Shown piece by piece: positions 1 to 9,910 of a DNA stretch of 64,000 bases. Location of the stretch: NCBI GenBank assembly GCA_903845195.1, contig CAIMWO010000031.1, positions 69,207 to 133,206 on the forward strand, written 5' to 3'. The position numbers were made by a program, and so were the translations under genes. Position 1 is the first letter of the stretch; each line of letters opens with the position of its first letter. A model generated the notes under the pieces. It worked only from the letters and a program-made list of their open reading frames with translations, searched no databases and was not told the DNA's origin. Source of the stretch: an uncultured Phycisphaerales bacterium (GTDB lineage: Bacteria > Planctomycetota > Phycisphaerae > WQYP01).

Positions 1-787
1 GCTGCATACGAGTAGTTTGGAATCTGGGGAGAATGCCAACGTATTGACGTACCAGGGAACGTCCATCGTTCCATCCGCGGTTCCACGTTCAACCGCATAG
101 AATCTGATGTGACATTTGTCCATTCCGGTGAAGTCGAATGTCGCAACGCGCGTGCCGTCTCTGGAGAAGGCGAACGTCGGGTTAGCGACCGGTAGTCCAA
201 AGGTTCGCACCAATCCGGACGAGGCCGCAGTGATCGGTGGAACATCGGGTAGATTCGAAGTGAGACTTTTCCCGTCCAGCCCGTTTGGTTCGGCCGACAG
301 GGTCGTGGTGGATTCCGACACGGTCGGCTCGGACGCCGCCGGCTGCTTCATATCATTCTCGTCCGAGATTGCCACCACGTCCGGCGGGGCGACGACGGTG
401 GTTGGCGTGATAGCCTCACCCAAAGGTCGCGAGGCCACTTCATGTTTCGCGATCGGTCTGCCAAAGGATCTGGAAAAGTAAATCCATGTACCCCACACTG
501 CTTCGCCGGAGAGTGCCGCAATAATTAGAATGGCCAGAACAAGGCGTATCTTGCTCCGGCCCGGTGGCGCCGGCACCGGGATCGCGGGGGTGGCCGGCGG
601 CGCTATTAGGTTCTTTGCGGATTCAGCAGCAGGCAGAGTTCTATCAGTAACGCAGTGGATTTTCTGTGCCGATGGGGTGGGAACCACGAATCGTCCCCCG
701 CACTTCGGGCATTTTCCGTTTCTGCCCGCCTTGTCGTCTGTGACTTGTAGGTCGACCCCGCAGTTTTCGCATTTGACGCTAATCATG
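1..787 (-). CDS. Partial (3' end runs off the window) zinc-ribbon membrane protein. N-term MISVKCENCGVDLQVTDDKAGRNGKCPKCGGRF, then a TM helix, a Pro/Thr-rich linker and a beta-propeller-like C-terminal region. Paralogue of the next two genes.
   Basis: Manual translation of the minus strand from ATG at ~787-785, preceded by a GAGGTAA RBS. Open to position 1 with no stop in the window, so it is absent from the ORF track. CxxC...CPKC zinc-ribbon motif is shared with ORFs 1533 and 2327. The plus-strand ORFs 116..481 and 530..790 are its antisense. Confidence 0.5.
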
Positions 788-1532
788 TGATTACCTCGTC
801 TTGCCTCGATAGCAGTGCTACGTTCCGGGAGTGAACGAGAATTGATGCCCGTGACCCACTAAAAAAGGGGTAGCATAGGTAAAGATATATCGAATCAGCA
901 CCAATGCAAGTCTAAAGCGACCAATTGGTCGCCTATTGTCTTTAACGCGTACTGTTGTTCGACGGAACGAGTGATGACGCGGGTCCAGACCTTTGGACCA
1001 AATTCGCATCGCGGGATCGTGGCAGTCGTTCATGCTGACACAACGCGGCCAGAATGCCGGTAGCTCACGGCGTCAGACGGTTCGCGAGTGCCTCGCGCAG
1101 CTCCGGGAAGCGAAACTCGAATTCCCTCGCACCCAGACGCCGGGAAATCAGATACGGCGCTATGCCAGAGGTGCGGCGGCTAGGTACTCGGTGCCGCCCC
1201 CACCCGTTCCCGGGCAATGAAATCGGTCGATTCTTGCTGCCCGAAAGAAATCTCTCACGCATCTGTTTTCGATTACCGCCACTGACGAAGGGCGTGTCAG
1301 CGCGACATGCTCCCGCGCCGCCGTAATTTTTTGGCCATTGCCGACGCCAACCAACTTCGGCGCATCGGCCGGGGAATGTGATCACAAAATAGGACTAATT
1401 AGTCTTGATGTATTCGGTTGGAGGATTTACCCTCCGCATATTCACATCTCTAAGGCGGCAAAGGGAATCGCCGTCTGCGCCTCATAAAAGTCGTAGCGAT
1501 GTCGGCATGGTGAACACGGCAGGAGCAGCGAA

Positions 1533-2255
1533 ATGATCCAAGCAACATGTCCGAAATGTTCCGAAATGGTAGAGGTGCCTGACCGTCTGTCGGGACAGGA
1601 GTACACCTGTCCAGCGCGCAAGTCGGCCGTCGCCATTCCACCCGCCTCCATAACAGCCTTGATCTGTTTGGTGGTCGCGGCCTTCGTCGTAGGCTGCTCC
1701 GGCTGTGGGTCACCGCCTCCGGCCGTCGATACGCCAGACGCCAAGGTCCAGCCAATCGGCGTCCATCGACGCACGGGCAATAACCTCGCGTTCGACAATC
1801 AAAATTCTGTTAGCACCACCCAGCCAAATCGCACGTTCATCGTCGTTCACGTTAAGGTGACGCCCAAACAGGCCACGGAGAGACCGGAGAAACCGGAAGG
1901 ACTCCCGGCGATGGTGACTAAGTATGGTACGTGGCCGAAAGGCAGCTATATGTTTGAAACACCCTTTGCCATGATTCGGCCCGACGGCGAGGATAAATGG
2001 AGCTTCTGCGCGGGGGTGATCCAAGATCAATGCGATTTGGTGGTCCCAGCGGACAACGAGAGCATTTCCTGGTTTTCAGCACCGGCAGTTTACGATGGAT
2101 TGAGCCAGATCACGTTCCTCGCGCCAGGGCACTCTTCCGTCATGGCGCTCGTCTTCAGCGTCCCGGATTCCGCCAAGAACGCCACACTCCGATTTCACGG
2201 GGCCGTAGAAGTCCCCATCAGCCTCGACAACTGGGGAAAGCAACCTTCGCCCTGA
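1533..2255 (+). CDS. Zinc-ribbon (CPKC...CP) N-terminal domain protein with a single TM helix and an extracytoplasmic domain. Function unknown.
   Basis: ORF track 240 aa. AGGAG RBS upstream. MIQATCPKCSEMVEVPDRLSGQEYTCP motif. Hydrophobic stretch ITALICLVVAAFVVGCSGC. Confidence 0.6.
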   Translation: MIQATCPKCSEMVEVPDRLSGQEYTCPARKSAVAIPPASITALICLVVAAFVVGCSGCGSPPPAVDTPDAKVQPIGVHRRTGNNLAFDNQNSVSTTQPNRTFIVVHVKVTPKQATERPEKPEGLPAMVTKYGTWPKGSYMFETPFAMIRPDGEDKWSFCAGVIQDQCDLVVPADNESISWFSAPAVYDGLSQITFLAPGHSSVMALVFSVPDSAKNATLRFHGAVEVPISLDNWGKQPSP

Positions 2256-2356
2256 GCTTCGTTCACGGCTGAATGTCGCTCAATAGCTTGCCGTTCGCCT
2301 ATGTATCTCTGTGAGAATGAAAAAAGGTGTCTGCCAAGAGTAGTCGAAAAGAGGGA

Positions 2357-3340
2357 ATGCTGATGATCAACTTCCAGTGTCCGAAATGCAACGAACCGCT
2401 TAGCGTTCCGACGTCAGTCGCGGGCGAACTTGAGACGTGTCCATCATGTAAGTGCGAGATCCAAGTTCCCTCCGTCGAACGGGCATCGACATCTGATTGC
2501 GACGGCGTGGGAAAGGCAACTGCGCCAGCTGCTACCATCGCCAGCCGTGTCGATCCCAGCACTGGTACGAGTCAGATTCCGGTCCCACTTCCATGCCAAT
2601 CGGGGCCGTCCGGTTCGCATGCCATTGTGGGAGCGGGCCGTCGCACAATATCTCCCATTAAGATTGGCGAGGTATTGGGCGAGACATGGCGGCTCTACAG
2701 ATCGAAGCCGATCGCGTTGACTCTGACACTGATCATACCGTGCCTCCTACTGGCAGGTCTTAGCGCGCTGGGAATTCTTGGAGATCAGGTCCTACGACAT
2801 CTGAACGTCCAGAAAGGATCACCCGCGGAGGGCCTCGCCGGGATCGTATTGTCTGTGCCCATTCTTGTGCTTCTAACGTTAGCATTTACCGGCCCAACAG
2901 TGTCTGCGCTTAATCTAGCTCGCGGCAATTCCAGCACAGTTCTGGCCGATCTGCGACGTGGTTTACGGTATACTCTATCTTTCTGGATGGCTCTTGTGGG
3001 GGTTGCGTGGTGGATAGGTTTGAGTGGCGTCTTGCTGTTCATTCCGTCTCCGTGTGTGACGGCGAGGTTGTCTCAGGTCTTTCCTGAGATCGTTGACCGG
3101 GACATAATCTACTTTCGTTGGCCGTTTTTCGCCTGTGGCGAGACAAGCTACCGATTGACGAAGGGGAACACCTTCACGCTGGTTCTTCTTCAGTTGTTTG
3201 CACTCGCGATGGTCATCGTCGCCGCGATTCCGTTTGGCATTGGTTTAGTCGTGGTGTTACCTTATCTTCACATCCTCGGTGCGGTGATATATGTTCATCT
3301 CACAAATCGCGAGCCCGGGACAAAAGTTAGTAGGTGTTGA
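2357..3340 (+). CDS. Zinc-ribbon N-terminal domain polytopic membrane protein of unknown function.
   Basis: ORF track 2327..3340 begins with GTG. The internal ATG at 2357 (MLMINFQCPKCNEPL...) is preceded by an AAGAGGGA RBS. C-terminal half carries several hydrophobic helices. Confidence 0.55.
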   Translation: MLMINFQCPKCNEPLSVPTSVAGELETCPSCKCEIQVPSVERASTSDCDGVGKATAPAATIASRVDPSTGTSQIPVPLPCQSGPSGSHAIVGAGRRTISPIKIGEVLGETWRLYRSKPIALTLTLIIPCLLLAGLSALGILGDQVLRHLNVQKGSPAEGLAGIVLSVPILVLLTLAFTGPTVSALNLARGNSSTVLADLRRGLRYTLSFWMALVGVAWWIGLSGVLLFIPSPCVTARLSQVFPEIVDRDIIYFRWPFFACGETSYRLTKGNTFTLVLLQLFALAMVIVAAIPFGIGLVVVLPYLHILGAVIYVHLTNREPGTKVSRC

Positions 3341-3395
3341 AAGGCGAGGACCAGTGGTCCTTCTCGGTTCCAATCCCGATCAACTGAAGATATCC

Positions 3396-4079
3396 ATGCT
3401 GAAAGCCGAAGAATGGTTCTTACGCGACCCCGCATCCTCACCGGAAGAGCTGCGGGTGCTCATTTACTTCAGTCTGAACAACGTGGTATGCGTCTTTGTT
3501 GACAAGGGCGGAACGCTTCTGCTCATGGAAATCGGCCTGCAGACGTTTCCGTACATTTCGGCCGACGGTAAGCTCTCGGTCATCGTCCGCCGCAGTTTCG
3601 TGACGGGCGCATTTTCAGTAGAGATCAACGGCGTCAAGCGATCGCTGCGAAAAGGCGGGCCTGCCTCCATGCCGACGTGGGACTGCATGCCGGTGTTTCC
3701 CAGCGTCCGCATCGGCGACAAAGTCCTGTTTGACATAATGGAACTCACCTACCGCAAGTCCGACTTCGAGGCTGCAGCGCTGAACCGACGTGGAGTTCTG
3801 ACACCCCGTTTGCAGGAACAGGCCAAGGCGGAACTGAAGGCGGTTCCGCAGAAGGCTGAAGCGTCGAAACAGGGACAGCAGGCGGCGGCTGGCATCATGG
3901 GATGCGGCGTTGTGCTTGTCGTTCTAGGACTGGGTTCGACGATCCTGCCCGCCTTCGGCTATCAATTTACGGCGATGAAGAATGCGACGGAAAGGTCCAT
4001 CGCCTGTATGGTCATTGCGGGATTCGCCTTGATCGTCTTTGGCGTCGGCATGCTAATCTTCAACGCTCGTCGCAAATGA
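3396..4079 (+). CDS. Hypothetical protein with two C-terminal TM helices.
   Basis: ORF track 3291..4079. The ATG at 3396 avoids overlap with the upstream gene. C-terminal AAGIMGCGVVLVVLGLGSTILPAF and MVIAGFALIVFGVGMLIF helices. Confidence 0.45.
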   Translation: MLKAEEWFLRDPASSPEELRVLIYFSLNNVVCVFVDKGGTLLLMEIGLQTFPYISADGKLSVIVRRSFVTGAFSVEINGVKRSLRKGGPASMPTWDCMPVFPSVRIGDKVLFDIMELTYRKSDFEAAALNRRGVLTPRLQEQAKAELKAVPQKAEASKQGQQAAAGIMGCGVVLVVLGLGSTILPAFGYQFTAMKNATERSIACMVIAGFALIVFGVGMLIFNARRK

Positions 4080-4666
4080 ACGAATCGGGTCCCGCGATCG
4101 TCTTGAGCCATGGCTGTATGGGAAATCCGAACTTTTCTTCGGGGCTCTCTCCCGATAACCAGCACATGGTTATCCAATTTCTTGACAAATTTCTCGATCC
4201 CAAGCGACCAGACGTCCGGCAGTTTCTGCTCCAACATCTCAAAGCCTTCTTTTCCGTAGAGGCGGGAAACCTGCGCCCAGAAACTCTTGACGCCATTAAG
4301 GACGCACAAGGAAACGCGCCATCTTTGACAGTGTTTCTAGACACCAACTTTGACTACGGTCTCTTGCGCTTGATGATCATAGGTCAGAGGAGACATCCCG
4401 ATGGAAACGCCCCCGCAAGAAGTAGACATGAGCAAAAGTGGCACCGCGTGGCACTTGGAGGGGGAGCCGGGACAGTGGGCACGCGTCATCGGCAAGGTGC
4501 AAGGACGCGTCAAGCGGGGCGCAGTCCAGAACCACGTGATCATAGCCCGCTTCAAACAAGGATTATTTCACTCTTTCCAGGTAAAACGCGAGGTTGCCTT
4601 TCTGCGGGAGTGGCAGCGTGTGGATGCCCAAACGGCTGGCGAAGTATCCCGCCTGCATCTCCTTGA
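4076..4666 (+). CDS. Possible small ORF coupled by an ATGA overlap to the preceding gene. The C-terminal half looks like low-complexity read-through.
   Basis: ATG at 4076 overlaps the TGA of 3396..4079 (translational coupling pattern). Second half is Arg/Gly-rich and not protein-like. Confidence 0.2.
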   Translation: MNESGPAIVLSHGCMGNPNFSSGLSPDNQHMVIQFLDKFLDPKRPDVRQFLLQHLKAFFSVEAGNLRPETLDAIKDAQGNAPSLTVFLDTNFDYGLLRLMIIGQRRHPDGNAPARSRHEQKWHRVALGGGAGTVGTRHRQGARTRQAGRSPEPRDHSPLQTRIISLFPGKTRGCLSAGVAACGCPNGWRSIPPASP

Positions 4667-4838
4667 GCCGCGCTGCCGACTCGGCCAGGTGTTCCCCCAA
4701 TGCCAATAGCTTCGCGGGTGATACCTTGGGGTGGGTGGAGCGTGGAAGGTGTTCCCAGCATGTGATTCCGTCGGCCCAGAGTTGGCGCTCGACAGCGGCT
4801 GAAATGCCCGGCAAATGGCAGAACGTGTTCTGGATCAT
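4563..4838 (-). pseudogene. 91-aa ORF with a helix-hairpin-helix motif (HLPGISAAVERQLWADGITCWEHL). Possibly the N-terminal fragment of an HhH-containing nuclease-family gene.
   Basis: LPGIxxxxxxxL + GI HhH signature. Ends abruptly with no continuation of the expected downstream domain. Confidence 0.2.
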
Positions 4839-6313
4839 GGGGACGGCTTACAGGGCGGATGGCAGAAAGAAATGATTCTACCGCCGTCAGGCACCGCCGT
4901 CGCATGGCCCTGCAACCGATGGCTCACCGAACAGCGGAAATCGTGCTTCCCTACGCCAGCAGGCAGGCAGAGTCTGCTGCGGCGGGCGATGCAGGATTGG
5001 GGAGATATTTCTATTGTTTCTGCGCAAGATCGCCTCGATTCAAGCGTATACAGTGGGGAGGACACACCTATGGAATCACTTGCCCCGCCTTCTCATCCCA
5101 CCTCCTTTGCAGGCATCCTTGCCCTGCTGGACCCCAACCGGCCAATGGACGACGACCTCACCCGCCTGTTGGGCGATCTGGTATCGCTGGCCGAAGAGGA
5201 TTTGAGCTTCATCCCTTACCACCCGCCCCGTAACCCCTCCGTCTCGTCTCCAACGTCGCTTTCTGGCAATGACCTGCATGGCCCAGCAAAATAAAATCAT
5301 GCGGGGGGGTAGACCGGCCCCATAGGGGTGTTGCGCAATGCCAAAATGGGAACCCGCCATGGATATCCTGTCACACTTTTAACCCGAGGCGTCTGTTGTC
5401 CGGGCCGTTTTTTATGGCCCAAAAAGCAAGATCACAAAATCTAGTCTGGGGCAAAAATGCGGCCCCGGCCCCGTAACGCCCACTGCCAGGTGAGTCTCAC
5501 ACGGGCTTCCCATTCATCCAACGGGCCAGAAAACGTCATCGGCTTCGGAGGTTTTGCATCCGGATGGAGGATGCAGGAGGAAGCCTGCGGAGCTGGTGCC
5601 GCCTCCGAAACCTTCGAGTCCACCAGAGAAAGGCGGCTTTTGTGTGGGTTGTACTTCTGGCGGGAATCCATGCCGTTATTTGCTTGGCCCGTTTTCGTGG
5701 CGGTGAAAAAGCGGAGCGGCGTATCTATGCACCTCACGTGGGTGATTCACTTTCGCGTGATCGGGTTAAGACAAAATGCACAAGAGGATGGAGGAGGAAA
5801 TGCGGGGGCGATGGAAGAGAGAGCCATGGAAACCATGCTCACATCCGACACTATTCTTGACGGTCACAGGATGCAACCTGCGATTTACGCCATCGAACAC
5901 ATCTCATCGGGGAAACGGCTGATTTGCTCAACACGTTGCCTGTCAAAACGGTTGTGGGACCAGCGCCGTCGGCTGGATCGCCGCCAACACCCCAACCACG
6001 CTTTGGATGCCGAACTCACACAAGGTGGACCCGAAGGGTTCATCATCGTCGTGCTGGAGCTGGTCGAGGACCACCGCACTCTTCCCCAGCGAAAACGTCA
6101 CCATCTTGAACAGGCGAGGGCTGGGAATGGGACGTTCAACGCTCCAGAGCCATCCTGCAGGAAGGCTGTCATGGTGGCACCAACGGCCGCTCCGATGACC
6201 GGGGTAAACGAGCTACTGGATCGGCTTGATCAACTTGAGCGGATGCCTGCGGATTCATCTGAAGACCGAGCGGCACGGGTGAAAGCACTGATCGAGGAGG
6301 TCCGCAATCGGCT

Positions 6314-7114
6314 TCATCCCTGATGCCGGACTTTCGCGACTCTCTTCTCGATCTGCTCCATCACGTATTTCAGGGGTTCGGTTTGGTCCTTGGCTCCAAT
6401 CCACACCCCCGCATCATTCACATCTCGAATGGCGGGCAATATGGCAGCCAAATCCGCATCTGAAAGCGCAGAAAGAAGTTCAAACCGACACCGACGACCA
6501 TAGTTGGCCTGCGGGGTCGATTCGCAGGGAGAGAGTATCTCGGGCAGGCCATACTTCTCCGCAAAGGCCGTGGCGTCCTTGGCAATCCGTCTTCCTTCGG
6601 CTGCCTTCCGCTTCTGCTCCAGCTTTGCAGCTTCCTCACGCTCTCTTTGCTGGCGGGCCTCCTCCAAAGCCTTCGGCATGGCCAGAAGGCATGAGATGGC
6701 ATCTCCGACGTGCTGGCGCAGCTTCTCAATCCACACCTTGGCTTGACGTTCGTTGCGCAACACGTCCATAGCCTCGTAGATCGTCTTTGCCTCAGCCTCT
6801 GGCTTTCCTTGTGTGACCATCATCAACTGGGGAAAGAGTTCAGACAGGAAGTCCCTCCGAACGATCCGTCCCCAGTCAACCTGGCGAGGAGTTCCCAACA
6901 GGAGGGGCAAGTGGTATTCACGCTCGAATGGTGGAACGTTATCGGGGATAAGAATCGGTTGGGGAACGGGAACACACACCACTGCCTGCACAGGCGGATT
7001 TGGAGGAATGCACGCCATCGGTTTCTTGGCCTTCTTACCCTTCCTGACATTCGTGATCTTCTTCTTGGCGGGTTGTTTGCCCACGTCATCCCAATCAACT
7101 AGACCGTCCGACAT
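6314..7114 (-). CDS. Hypothetical protein (element-associated), with a charged coiled-coil-like central region.
   Basis: ORF track 6314..7183. Internal ATG at 7114 is preceded by a GAGGTGA RBS. Co-directional with the Prim-Pol gene and 63 nt downstream of it. Confidence 0.5.
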   Translation of the reverse strand: MSDGLVDWDDVGKQPAKKKITNVRKGKKAKKPMACIPPNPPVQAVVCVPVPQPILIPDNVPPFEREYHLPLLLGTPRQVDWGRIVRRDFLSELFPQLMMVTQGKPEAEAKTIYEAMDVLRNERQAKVWIEKLRQHVGDAISCLLAMPKALEEARQQREREEAAKLEQKRKAAEGRRIAKDATAFAEKYGLPEILSPCESTPQANYGRRCRFELLSALSDADLAAILPAIRDVNDAGVWIGAKDQTEPLKYVMEQIEKRVAKVRHQG

Positions 7115-7248
7115 AATCGTCACCTCAACTGTTACCTGTTTTATCGACCTGCCGGGAGATGCAACCCAGCCCAACTGCTTCAAGAGAGAAGCAAAGCAAA
7201 GAAGGAGGTACTATTACGCTACCCCCCTTTAGCGTCTCAAAAATGGCC

Positions 7249-9066
7249 CTATGCGGCGTTGGACCAGGCAGTTCCGGCCACGATCTCTTTGACTTCAGTG
7301 GAAACGGTGAACATCGTTCCTTCGCTCTGACCAGCCTTCATATCCAGGCGTCCCTTCTTGATGATGCGGATTAGGCCACGTTTCTGGAGTGCCAGAAGGC
7401 AGGGGGAGATGGCGTTCATGCACAAGGTTATGGACGCTGCCTCTCTCATGAACCCTCGCAACGTGTCGTGCGAAAAGAAGGGGTCCGTGTTGTCCTCGGC
7501 GAGCTTGGCCAGCACGAACAGTACGCCAGCCATTTGGGCAGGGCAGACTGCTTTGATCTGGGGCCGCTTCCCCTTGGTCTTGTATTTCTTGAACGGCACG
7601 ACGATCCCCTCGACCAGTCGCTCGAGTCCCAGGCGTGCCTTCTCCCATCCCTCCATATCGATCCCCGAAGTCATCGCGGAATCGAATTTTCCTTCATAGA
7701 AATGTTTCATCCCTTGGAAGGTCTTCAACCTTCGTTCAGAGTTGTCGGTCTTGTTCAACCCAAGGACAACGTATTGTTCATTAGCTTCTTCCGGGCTGAC
7801 AAGTTCCCGTTCACGGCGACACAGCAGCTTGTAGAAGCCATTCAGACGTGCGAAATCCGCCTTGGGATCTGTGGATGCCTTTAGAAGACGGAGTTCCTCG
7901 ATCTGCTCCTCAAAGGTGCGGCGGCGGTAGAAACTCACGTACCGAGCTTCCCCTACACTTTCCCACACACTGCCATCAGAGTCGAAAAGATCCGTTTCTG
8001 AGCTACCAGCGGGGGGTAGTGTAATAATACCTTTATCATTGCCTTGCCTCTCTCTTGCTTGAGTGGGCTGAGGAATCGGCTCACGTACCTGGAAGTGGTC
8101 AATCAAGTAGACAGGAGAGAAGTGAAACTGCCGCACATCCTCAAGCGTGAAGAAGTAGGGCAGCTTCATGCAATATGAACGTTTGATCAGCAGTTTCTTC
8201 TTCACCCACAATGAAGGGAGGCCGAAGACACGACGGTCGATCTTGGCATTGAAGCCTTTATGGATGCGAAGGGAGTCGAGGTCCGACAGGAACAGCTTGA
8301 GCTTGTTGGTCAGGCAGACGAGATTGTAGACGACTTTCGAGGGATCGTGCATGGAGTAGGCCGTTTTGATGTAGAGGTGGAACCCGTTGCCGTGGGTTGA
8401 CCTCTCCCAGTAGGCGTCAGGGAAATACGTCCCATGGAGCCACTGGAAGACAGCCTCGGCATCATTGACAGTTCCCATAGGGTACTGGTCCTCGTGGAAG
8501 TCGATGTCGATGGTGAGGAGGATCGCACCGACTGGGTAATCCACTCGTTCTGTGTTTACACCCAATGCCTCGGAGAACACTGTCGAACTCGCTTGTCGGG
8601 CCGACGCACCGAATCCCGTGAAGTACGGCGACGCCAGTTCACCCCGGTAGTAGATGAATTGCCGCTCTACCTTCGCATCCTCTTCCTCGGGATTCTCTTT
8701 CTGGGAGATTCCATACTCCCTGTGTAGCTTGAAATCGCCTTTCGAGAGTCGATCCAACCCAACTTCTCCACCATCGGAATCGTTGGGATTACAGCGAACG
8801 ATTCCGTACTTGCCGTCTCCCTTCTGGCCAAACTTTGCGGGAAGCCCTTGCCACTTGAGCAGGATGTCATCGTTGAGATTCATGGGGGAGAAATACTTGT
8901 CGGTCTTGAGGTTGCAGTCCATGACGTTGAAGAAGGGCTTCAGGGCGTACCAGCCTGCCTCGGTTACGATGTCGTATGTGGTCCTTTCGCGAGACTTCGC
9001 TGCCACCGCGACGTTGGCGTCCGTCTGCGGCGGTTGATCCGCATGCTTCTTTCTGATGTGTGCCAT
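7249..9066 (-). CDS. Replication initiation protein of the archaeo-eukaryotic primase / Prim-Pol type with a C-terminal winged-helix-like region. Typical of plasmid/phage/integrative elements.
   Basis: 605 aa. Motif I hhhDhD = ILLTIDIDFHED. Motif II sxH = STHGNGFHLYIK. C-terminal basic/helical region. Confidence 0.55.
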   Translation of the reverse strand: MAHIRKKHADQPPQTDANVAVAAKSRERTTYDIVTEAGWYALKPFFNVMDCNLKTDKYFSPMNLNDDILLKWQGLPAKFGQKGDGKYGIVRCNPNDSDGGEVGLDRLSKGDFKLHREYGISQKENPEEEDAKVERQFIYYRGELASPYFTGFGASARQASSTVFSEALGVNTERVDYPVGAILLTIDIDFHEDQYPMGTVNDAEAVFQWLHGTYFPDAYWERSTHGNGFHLYIKTAYSMHDPSKVVYNLVCLTNKLKLFLSDLDSLRIHKGFNAKIDRRVFGLPSLWVKKKLLIKRSYCMKLPYFFTLEDVRQFHFSPVYLIDHFQVREPIPQPTQARERQGNDKGIITLPPAGSSETDLFDSDGSVWESVGEARYVSFYRRRTFEEQIEELRLLKASTDPKADFARLNGFYKLLCRRERELVSPEEANEQYVVLGLNKTDNSERRLKTFQGMKHFYEGKFDSAMTSGIDMEGWEKARLGLERLVEGIVVPFKKYKTKGKRPQIKAVCPAQMAGVLFVLAKLAEDNTDPFFSHDTLRGFMREAASITLCMNAISPCLLALQKRGLIRIIKKGRLDMKAGQSEGTMFTVSTEVKEIVAGTAWSNAA

Positions 9067-9310
9067 GTGTTCCTCGACTGCTCACGGCTTGGCCGAAAAG
9101 CAATGACGCCCGCCACTGCGGACCAGCACAGTGACGGGCGTCAGCGATTGGGATTAATGGATCGAGCCGACGTACTGGTCCACGCGGCGCTATATTTCTC
9201 TATTCGAGGAGACGACCGGCGTCACCTTCTAGGCCAAAGATCATCGCAAACTGCCATGCAAACAGCGGCTTGCAGATGCGTGCCGGGCAGATGGATGTGC
9301 GCCGTTATCG

Positions 9311-9757
9311 CTACGGTGTCGTCACTACACCAGGTTCCTCATACATGTCGGGCAGAAGACGTTGCAGGAATCGCATTTCCTGCTCTTCGTCATATGTCTC
9401 CTTACGCTTCCTCCACGCTTCCATCTCTTCGGGTAGATCGCTCGGTGGTCCAATCATCTCATCCCGCCATCCCGTGATGTCCAGCGAAGCCAAGGCGTCT
9501 GCTCCGAACTTCTCGGAGTAGCACGAGTAACAGAGGCTCAGGATTATGTCAGTGCGTTCGCCGTTGTCGATCTCTGAAAGGATCACCCCTTCCTCCGGAC
9601 CACACCGCTGCACCCATTGCACCGTTACCATCGCCACCTCGCGAGTCTGCAACTGCGCCTTGCTAATTTTGCATTGTGTGCATGTCGCGTGGTCATCGTT
9701 GTCTGGCCTGTCAAACCAAGTCTTTTTTTCCATCGGTTTCCCTTTCCATATAGGCAT
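9311..9757 (-). CDS. Small Cys-rich hypothetical protein.
   Basis: 148 aa. CxxC (CTQC) and CYSCYS motifs. Same strand as neighbours. Confidence 0.4.
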   Translation of the reverse strand: MPIWKGKPMEKKTWFDRPDNDDHATCTQCKISKAQLQTREVAMVTVQWVQRCGPEEGVILSEIDNGERTDIILSLCYSCYSEKFGADALASLDITGWRDEMIGPPSDLPEEMEAWRKRKETYDEEQEMRFLQRLLPDMYEEPGVVTTP

Positions 9758-9910
9758 GTGGCATCACTCCCATTACTGCTGGGCCAGGAGCAGCTCGTGG
9801 CATCGTGGGCGATTCCGTTAGGCCACTGACGGCTTACACGGCTCCTTCACAAGCGTAAAGCAGTTAGCGTTTCTTGCGTTTCCTCTTCCGGTGCCGGGCA
9901 TATGTCCTAC

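Noticed and set aside
116-790. Plus-strand ORFs 116..481 and 530..790
   Set aside because: They lie antisense to a much better-supported minus-strand gene (zinc-ribbon protein, RBS, paralogy to neighbours). Their products are low-complexity.
3902-4666. 254-aa plus-strand ORF 3902..4666 as a whole
   Set aside because: Its first 58 codons overlap the end of gene 3396..4079 in another frame. Only the part from ATG 4076 could be real, and even that has a low-complexity tail.
5395-5430. Short GC stem (gggcc-N9-ggccc) considered as a terminator
   Set aside because: No following T-tract on either strand, and the stem is only 5 bp.
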